The translations under genes and the position numbers were made by a program. Positions 19,555-25,292 of a DNA stretch of 32,000 nt are shown one piece after another. Under the pieces are notes generated by a model, which was not told the DNA's origin, did not search any database, and was given only the letters and a program-made list of their open reading frames with translations. Position 1 is the first letter of the stretch; every line of letters starts with the position of its first letter. Source of the DNA: Aliivibrio fischeri ES114 (lineage in GTDB: Bacteria > Pseudomonadota > Gammaproteobacteria > Enterobacterales > Vibrionaceae); assembly GCF_000011805.1 (NCBI RefSeq), contig NC_006840.2. One strand, 5' to 3'.

Positions 19555-20787
19555 TTATGACCTGATATCTTTTGTCGAGTGGTAAGATTGTAGAGTTAAA
19601 CATAAAATAAGAATTAAATATGTATAAGTAAAGTTTATCCAATTGAAAGGAACTTCAGTTATGAAATTTATTAATAATACACATAAGAATGAAATTGAAC
19701 AAAACTTAACAAATATATCATTATCTTTTCGCATTATAATAAGTGGAAATATAATCGCACCAATTATAATGAAAAAACCAATAAACCCTTGTTTTGTTAT
19801 AAATTCAAAGTATTGGCTATGTAAATGATTTCTTGAGTAATAATAACTATATTGTGATATTTTTTTATTTTCAAATCGAGTATTATTGATTTCTTTTAAT
19901 TTGTTTCCGAGGCCAAAGAATGGATATTCTTTAATTAAAGGAATAGAATCTTTCCAAACCTGTATTCTAACACCTAATGATGAACTTAAATTATGATGTT
20001 CAATGTTCTTAATCTCTATTTTTGTTGCTTCTATTCTATTTTTTACAGTAGGTGTAGAGTACAGGGAAAAAGCAATTGCTAATATAGTTAAAATATATAT
20101 TGAAATGTTTTTTATATTGAATTTTATTCTTGCGATATGAATTATAATTAAAGTTAAAATAGTTGACACCCAAACTCCACGACTTTGACTAATCATTATA
20201 GGTAAAAAACCAATGATAATTAATGGAATTGTTTTATATAGTATGTGAGTTTTAGTATTTATTAAATTATAAATATATACAAAAATAAAAATCAATGCAG
20301 CATATAGTCCATAAGGATTTGGGTTTGTATTTCCTCCGTATCTGGTGAAACCATTATTGATTACGTGTATGAACGCATCTAATCCAAATAAGAAAAGACT
20401 TATAAAAGTAAGGTTTTTAATATGTTCTTTTTTTACTAACCAATATGGAAAAGAATATATGTATAAGAAAATAATCCCGAAAGCTCTTATGCTTGATGTT
20501 TGTTCTCCATGATAAAGAAAAAGTATTGATCTAAATAAAATTATTATAAATAAACTAGTGATTAATATTTTAAATGTTTTAGGTTTTTCTTTAAATAGAA
20601 AAACTCTTTTTCTAAAATAAATAAAGGAAAATATAGCAGAAATAACAAGTAACTTTGATGCAATACTTCTACCATTTGGGAGCGTAAAATTAAATGAAAG
20701 TGTCCATAGTATAGGTATATAAACTATAGCTAGAACCCAATATTTACTTATACTGGATAAGATTTTTTGGCAATAATTGTTTATCAT
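19555..20787 (-). CDS. waaL: O-antigen ligase family protein (WaaL; Wzy_C domain)
   Basis: 410 aa, polytopic and very hydrophobic. SQSRGVW and NHLHSQYFEFITKQGFIGF (compare aHNxyLqxlxExGiiG) are O-antigen-ligase family motifs. It sits directly downstream of hldD in the core locus, as in other vibrios. A Wzy polymerase cannot be strictly excluded. Confidence 0.7.
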   Translation of the reverse strand: MINNYCQKILSSISKYWVLAIVYIPILWTLSFNFTLPNGRSIASKLLVISAIFSFIYFRKRVFLFKEKPKTFKILITSLFIIILFRSILFLYHGEQTSSIRAFGIIFLYIYSFPYWLVKKEHIKNLTFISLFLFGLDAFIHVINNGFTRYGGNTNPNPYGLYAALIFIFVYIYNLINTKTHILYKTIPLIIIGFLPIMISQSRGVWVSTILTLIIIHIARIKFNIKNISIYILTILAIAFSLYSTPTVKNRIEATKIEIKNIEHHNLSSSLGVRIQVWKDSIPLIKEYPFFGLGNKLKEINNTRFENKKISQYSYYYSRNHLHSQYFEFITKQGFIGFFIIIGAIIFPLIIMRKDNDIFVKFCSISFLCVLLINFITEVPFNWINFTYTYLILILCLTLQSYHSTKDIRS

Positions 20788-20814
20788 TGTACTGCTTCTA
20801 TTTCTGATTTAAAT

Positions 20815-21756
20815 CTACTTATTAATCATCGCCATATATTCAGCAACACCATCAGCTACTGACTTAAACTCAACATCACAACCAGCAGCACGAAGCTTAG
20901 TTAGATCAGCTTGAGTAAATTCTTGGTATGCGCCTTTTAGGTGCTCAGGGAATGGGATAGTTTCCACTTCACCTTTACCGTGGTGTTTAATTACCGCTTC
21001 AGCAACAGCGCGGAATGGTTCAGCACGGCCAGTACCACAGTTATAAATACCAGATACGCCATTTTCTAAGAACCAAAGGTTAACTGCAGCAACATCACCA
21101 ACGTAAACGAAATCACGTTTAAACTCGTCACTACCTTCAAACAGTTTAGGGTTATCGCCCGCATTCATTTGGTTATTTAAATGGAAAGCAACTGAAGCCA
21201 TAGAACCTTTATGTTGTTCACGAGGACCATACACATTGAAGTAACGGAAACCCGTAATTTGAGATAGCGTTTCGTTGTGCTCTTCAGCATCAGCCCATAG
21301 GCGACGAACGTAGTTATCAAACTGTTGTTTAGAATAACCGTAAACGTTTAAAGCACCTTCGTATGCACGCTCTTCGATAAACGTATCTGTTTCACCGTAA
21401 GTAGCTGCTGATGATGCGTAAAGGAATGGAATTTCACGCTCAATACAGAAATGAAGCAACTCTTTAGAGTACTCATAGTTGTTCATCATAATGTATTTGC
21501 CATCCCACTCAGTTGTAGCAGAGCAAGCACCTTCATGGAAAATAGCTTCGATAGGACCAAAGTCATCACCCGCCATAATTTGCGTAATGAAGTCTTCTTT
21601 ATCCATGTAATCAGTGATATCAAGATCCACTAGGTTCTTGAATTTTTTACCATCTTTTAGGTTATCAACCACTAAAATGTCGTTAAAACCTTTGTTATTT
21701 AAAGACTTAACAATGTTGCTGCCAATCATGCCAGCGCCGCCAGTTACAATGATCAT
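20815..21756 (-). CDS. hldD: ADP-L-glycero-D-manno-heptose 6-epimerase
   Basis: [56 protein letters not shown] is nearly colinear with E. coli HldD/RfaD (also called gmhD). Confidence 0.97.
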   Translation of the reverse strand: MIIVTGGAGMIGSNIVKSLNNKGFNDILVVDNLKDGKKFKNLVDLDITDYMDKEDFITQIMAGDDFGPIEAIFHEGACSATTEWDGKYIMMNNYEYSKELLHFCIEREIPFLYASSAATYGETDTFIEERAYEGALNVYGYSKQQFDNYVRRLWADAEEHNETLSQITGFRYFNVYGPREQHKGSMASVAFHLNNQMNAGDNPKLFEGSDEFKRDFVYVGDVAAVNLWFLENGVSGIYNCGTGRAEPFRAVAEAVIKHHGKGEVETIPFPEHLKGAYQEFTQADLTKLRAAGCDVEFKSVADGVAEYMAMINK

Positions 21757-21908
21757 TTTGATACCACCGAAAAATAATATAATTGATTGAATTGTAGCAA
21801 AGAAGAAGAGGTGGCGCTACGCTTGAAAAGCAGGGGCGAGAGTTGATAACACTTAGCTTGAGGAAGAGCGAAAAGCGAGGTTTCAGGTTTCAGGAGAGCG
21901 AAAGAACA

Positions 21909-22082
21909 GAATTCAGATCGCTTCGCTTGCAGATTTCAGAGGTGAGTGCCGTAATGCTTATAGTAAATAGTAGAAATGAATGTGCGCTGAATTTACAAAT
22001 TGTATTTATTTTGATTTGGTTATAACTATAACAACGATCACCCCTGAACCCTGCAAGGGAGCTTGCGACCGATCTGAATCCT
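21909..22082 (+). repeat. Family-1 miniature inverted-repeat element, copy A (174 bp, ORF-less)
   Basis: The left arm 21909-21944 GAATTCAGATCGCTTCGCTTGCAGATTTCAGAGGTG matches the 23909 arm at 34/36. The right arm is 22039-22082 CACCCCTGAACCCTGCAAGGGAGCTTGCGACCGATCTGAATCC. The arms pair imperfectly (ATTCAGATCG/CGATCTGAAT, CTTGCAG/CTGCAAG, TTCAGAGGTG/CACCCCTGAA) around a ~94-bp AT-rich core. Confidence 0.9.
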
Positions 22083-22227
22083 AAATTCCCGAGTGATTAA
22101 TCATTGGGATTCGTGAGGTTAATAGAAGGAGAAGTGTGGCGTGATTTCACTCTAAATTAGAGTAAACGCAGTTTTTGATGTTAACAAAAATGGCTGAAGT
22201 AGGTCTGAATTTTATTAGTGTAAAGTA

Positions 22228-22407
22228 GAGTTCAGATCGCTTTGCTTGCAGATTTCAGAGGTGGGTGCCGTAATGCTTATATTAAATAGCAGAAGTTAAC
22301 GTGCGCTGTATTTGCAAATTATATTTATTTTGATTTGGTCATAACCATAACAACGATCACCCCTGAATCCTGCAAGGGAGCCTGCGACCGATCTGAACCC
22401 TGAACTC
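22228..22407 (+). repeat. Family-1 miniature inverted-repeat element, copy B (~180 bp, ORF-less)
   Basis: It is a direct repeat of copy A offset by 319 bp. The left arm is 22228-22263 GAGTTCAGATCGCTTTGCTTGCAGATTTCAGAGGTG and the right arm is 22358-22400, plus TGAACTC. The cores of A and B align along their length with scattered substitutions. The element ends 17 nt before the rjg start, just upstream of its AGGAG. Confidence 0.9.
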
Positions 22408-22423
22408 TAAAAAAGGAGCTCTC

Positions 22424-23896
22424 ATGCCTACACCCTTAAAAAAATCAACCCAAACCACCAACCTCGAAATAAGCCTCAAACACCATGGTGGAAAATTCGG
22501 CGTCACAGGCTCATGCCACGAACTTCGTATTAATCACAACGGCAACAACCATGGTATCTTAATAGATTGTGGTTTGTTTCAGGGGAGAGATGCCAAAGAT
22601 AAAAATGGAAACGAGAGAAAGCTCGACATTGAATTTCCCATCGCACATATAAAAGCGCTCATTCTTACTCATACACATATCGATCACATTGGGCGACTGC
22701 CTTGGTTATTAGCAAAAGGTTTCAAGCAACCCATTTACTGCACACCAGCAACAGCAGAGCTCGTACCGCTCATGTTAGATGATGGATTAAAACTGCAACT
22801 AGGATTAAACAAAGGCCAAAGAGAAAGAGTATTAGCATTAATAAGAAAACAGATAAAACCCATCCCATACAACCAATGGCACCGTATTCCGTTCACCTCT
22901 ACAGCTAAATTACCTAGCTCTCGCTCTTCCCGCTCTTGCTCTAAATCTTCTAGCTCCTCCTCGCCCCTAAAAACTCGCTTCTCGTCCCTTTACCTCCGTT
23001 TCCAACCCGCAGGCCATATCCTCGGTTCTGCTTATGTCGAAATTAAACTTCCCAACAATGAAATTATCGTATTTTCAGGTGATTTAGGGCCATCAAAAAC
23101 GCCACTATTGCCTGACCCAACTCCACCGAAACGAGCCGATTTATTAGTAATAGAGAGCACTTACGGCAATAAAATTCATGACAGCGTAGAAACCAGAGCC
23201 ACTCGTTTACAACAGATCATCGATCGTTCATTAGAAGATGGTGGAGCCATTATTATTCCTGCATTTTCAGTGGGCAGAACTCAAGAGCTACTGTTTGATA
23301 TAGAGCACCTAATTCATCATAAAAAAATAGACTCAAAAATCCCCATTATTCTTGATTCACCATTAGCCAATAAAGTAACCAAACAATATCGACGCTTTAA
23401 AAAATTATGGAGTAAAGAAGCCACAACTAAGTTAAACAACCATCGTCATCCTCTTAACTTTGAGCAGTGCATCGTTATTGAAAGTCACAAAGAGCACATG
23501 AAAATAGTCAATCGACTCAAAAGCACCGCAGAGCCATGCATTATTGTCGCCGCAAGTGGCATGTGTGCCGGAGGCCGAGTTATGAATTACCTTGAAGCAT
23601 TATTACCAGATAAACGAACCGATATTATTCTTGCAGGTTATCAAGCTCATGGAACGTTAGGGCGAGATCTTCAAAACCAAGAACATCAAGTATGGATAGA
23701 TAACCAACCAATTGATGTTAATGCGCAAATCCACACCATGTCTGGATATTCAGCCCACGCCGATCAATCTGATTTAATTAAGTTTGTCGAGGGGATAGAA
23801 GAGGGAAAAAGAGAGATAGTAGTGGTGCATGGGGAGGATGATGTGCGTAGGGAGTTTGAGAGGGTTTTAGAGACTAGAAACTATACGCTGCGCTAG
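22424..23896 (+). CDS. rjg: Metallo-beta-lactamase / beta-CASP family RNA-processing-type hydrolase (the vibrio 'right junction gene')
   Basis: MBL motifs HTHIDHIGRLP, PAGHILGSA and FSGDLG. Beta-CASP motifs ESTYG and SGYSAHADQSDL. Adjacency to gmhD/hldD matches the gmhD...rjg boundaries of vibrio O-antigen/K-antigen loci. A Ser-rich insert lies between MBL motifs 2 and 3. Confidence 0.85.
   Translation: MPTPLKKSTQTTNLEISLKHHGGKFGVTGSCHELRINHNGNNHGILIDCGLFQGRDAKDKNGNERKLDIEFPIAHIKALILTHTHIDHIGRLPWLLAKGFKQPIYCTPATAELVPLMLDDGLKLQLGLNKGQRERVLALIRKQIKPIPYNQWHRIPFTSTAKLPSSRSSRSCSKSSSSSSPLKTRFSSLYLRFQPAGHILGSAYVEIKLPNNEIIVFSGDLGPSKTPLLPDPTPPKRADLLVIESTYGNKIHDSVETRATRLQQIIDRSLEDGGAIIIPAFSVGRTQELLFDIEHLIHHKKIDSKIPIILDSPLANKVTKQYRRFKKLWSKEATTKLNNHRHPLNFEQCIVIESHKEHMKIVNRLKSTAEPCIIVAASGMCAGGRVMNYLEALLPDKRTDIILAGYQAHGTLGRDLQNQEHQVWIDNQPIDVNAQIHTMSGYSAHADQSDLIKFVEGIEEGKREIVVVHGEDDVRREFERVLETRNYTLR
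22913..22992 (+). repeat. Family-2-like repeat sequence embedded in-frame in rjg
   Basis: CCTAGCTCTCGCTCTTCCCGCTCTTGCTCTAAATCTTCTAGCTCCTCCTCGCCCCTAAAAACTCGCTTCTCGTCCCTTTA shares CCTAGCTCT, GCTCTTGCT, TCTAG, CTCGCCCCTAAAA and CTCGTCCCT strings with the intergenic copies at 25231-25279 and 31846-31862. It encodes LPSSRSSRSCSKSSSSSSPLKTRFSSL. Confidence 0.7.
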
Positions 23897-23908
23897 CTAG
23901 ATGGAATA

Positions 23909-24377
23909 GAGTTCAGATCGCTTCGCTTGCAGAATTCAGAGGTGGTAGTGATTAGATTATTCAATAACAGTAAGGATATATATGCGTTGTGAGAAATTAA
24001 AAGTTTGGAAAAGGGCTTGTCGATTATCTTGTGAGATTTACAAAACAACTTCAAGTATTAAGGACTATGGCTTTCGAGACCAAATTACTCGTTCTGGGTT
24101 ATCTGTACCATCTAATATTGCTGAGGGAGAAGAAAGAAGTGGTGTTAAAGAACAAATACGATTTTTGAATTATTCTCAAGGTTCTGCAGCTGAGTTAATC
24201 ACTCAGTTATTTATAGGGATAGAAATTGGATACATAGAGAAACAGAAAGGCTTGGAGTTGATAAATGAAACTAAAGAGATTTTAGCTATTGTCTCTCAGC
24301 TGTCTAAAAATAAGAAAGCAGTGCTGAAGAACTAAAGCGAACACCTCTGAATTCTGCAAGCGAAGCGATCTGAACTC
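23909..24377 (+). mobile_element. Family-1 full-length unit: a perfect 36-bp inverted repeat enclosing a four-helix-bundle ORF (IVS-like cassette, 469 bp)
   Basis: The left arm 23909-23944 GAGTTCAGATCGCTTCGCTTGCAGAATTCAGAGGTG has its exact reverse complement at 24342-24377. The only content between the arms is the 23982-24335 ORF. The unit begins 13 nt after the rjg stop. Confidence 0.9.
23982..24335 (+). CDS. Four-helix-bundle protein (23S rRNA intervening-sequence protein / S23p / DGR Avd-like family)
   Basis: 117 aa. The pattern L.VWKRA..L..EIY..T....DYGFRDQITRSGLSVPSNIAEG..R.....IRFL.YSQGSAAEL.TQL matches the family consensus as recalled (VW..A, RSa.SIpsNIAEG, GS..E..tql). Confidence 0.85.
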   Translation: MRCEKLKVWKRACRLSCEIYKTTSSIKDYGFRDQITRSGLSVPSNIAEGEERSGVKEQIRFLNYSQGSAAELITQLFIGIEIGYIEKQKGLELINETKEILAIVSQLSKNKKAVLKN

Positions 24378-24457
24378 TTCATCCCCATTAACATTTCCGC
24401 TATACTTCAACCTCGACATTACTCAAGTCAAACTATTAGCATAAGGCGCACGCTTCC

Positions 24458-25102
24458 ATGAAAACAAAAGATAGAATCATTCACGGTGCCTTAACCCTTT
24501 TTAATGAAAACGGTGAGCGCAGCGTAACAACCAACCATATCGCAGCGCATCTTGAGATAAGCCCGGGCAACCTGTATTACCACTTCCGTAATAAAGAAGA
24601 GATCATCAGCGGCATCTTTGATAACTACGCAAAAGAGCTAAAAACTCGATTCCAACCAATGGCAGAAGATCAACAATCAAACATGCCAAGCGTTCAGGTT
24701 ATGCTGAGTTACTTAGATTCAATCTTTGAATTGATGTGGAACTACCGTTTTTTCTACGCCAACCTACCTGATATTTTAAGTCGTGATGATGCATTAAAGC
24801 TGAAATATACCAAAGCTCAGCAAGCGTTAAATGAAAACTTAATAGCGATAATGCACAGCTTTCGTGATTCAGGATTAATCGACCTTGAAGATGATGAACT
24901 GCAAGCATTAACAAAAACTCTGCACCTAGTGGCATCATGCTGGATAAATTATCAAACCGCTTTATTGTCAGATAATGAAATTACCGAAGCGGTAATCTAT
25001 CAAGGCATGTTACAGATGCTAAATGTTGTAAGACCAATGGCAACAGAGCAGGGCAGAAAGCAGATATTAGAGCTAGAAGAGCATTATAAGGGCAGGTTAT
25101 AG
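24458..25102 (+). CDS. TetR/AcrR-family transcriptional regulator
   Basis: N-terminal HTH KDRIIHGALTLFNENGERSVTTNHIAAHLEISPGNLYYHFRNKEEI, with an all-helical C-terminal domain. Confidence 0.88.
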   Translation: MKTKDRIIHGALTLFNENGERSVTTNHIAAHLEISPGNLYYHFRNKEEIISGIFDNYAKELKTRFQPMAEDQQSNMPSVQVMLSYLDSIFELMWNYRFFYANLPDILSRDDALKLKYTKAQQALNENLIAIMHSFRDSGLIDLEDDELQALTKTLHLVASCWINYQTALLSDNEITEAVIYQGMLQMLNVVRPMATEQGRKQILELEEHYKGRL

Positions 25103-25115
25103 AGCGATTCGTTCC

Positions 25116-25290
25116 GAGGGACGAGTAAGCTATTTAAAGAAAGAGCAGACGGCTGCGCCTTGAGAGCGCTTCGCTTAAGGCGCAACAAGTTGCTTGAGGA
25201 GGTCAAAAGACTAAGAGCAATATACCCTTGCTCCTAGCTCTTGCTTCTAGTCCCTAGTCCCTGCTCTTACTCGTCCCTAATCCCTTAACC
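25116..25290 (+). repeat. Family-2 repeat element in the convergent tetR/yjbH spacer
   Basis: Terminal 13-bp perfect inverted repeat AGGGACGAGTAAG (25117-25129) / CTTACTCGTCCCT (25266-25278). Internal hairpins are TGCGCCTT/AAGGCGCA (25154-25184) and CTAAGAGCAA/TTGCTCCTAG (25211-25237). It also contains tandem TAGTCCC motifs (25247-25262). It ends 3 nt from the yjbH stop. Confidence 0.85.
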
Positions 25291-25292
25291 CC

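Noticed and set aside
21843-22025. 60-aa ORF (MITLSLRKSEKRGFRFQ...) in the hldD-rjg spacer.
   Set aside because: It reads straight through the family-1 repeat arm and AT-rich core. The paralogous copy B does not preserve the frame. It has no RBS or motif, so the repeat best explains it.
22088-22108. Imperfect palindrome CCCGAGTGATTAATCATTGGG (core TGATTAATCA) between repeat copies A and B as an operator site.
   Set aside because: It is a single AT-rich palindrome with no second site, no matching regulator evidence and no promoter mapped. It is noted only as a possible binding site.
21909-22407. Integron attC / Vibrio cholerae repeat (VCR) sites or ERIC/REP elements as the identity of family 1.
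   Set aside because: The arms do not resemble the VCR/attC core sites (no GTTRRRY-type boundaries seen) or the ERIC consensus as I recall them. There is no intI nearby and no cassette-like promoterless ORF series. I cannot exclude a named Vibrionaceae repeat family without a database search.
22424-23896. rjg as a pseudogene disrupted by the repeat insertion.
   Set aside because: The frame stays open for 490 aa. All MBL and beta-CASP motifs are present on both sides of the insert, which lies between motifs rather than within one.
23982-24335. Diversity-generating retroelement, because the four-helix-bundle proteins belong to the Avd-like family.
   Set aside because: The window has no reverse transcriptase ORF and no template/variable repeat pair with adenine-specific differences. 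Only the accessory-protein fold family is shared.
23900-24390. Target-site duplications flanking family-1 units as proof of transposition.
   Set aside because: The flanks are AATA|..|TTCA for the cassette, AACA|..|TAAA for copy A and AGTA|..|TAAA for copy B. At most there is an inconsistent TA. No convincing TSD was found, so the mechanism of spread is left open.
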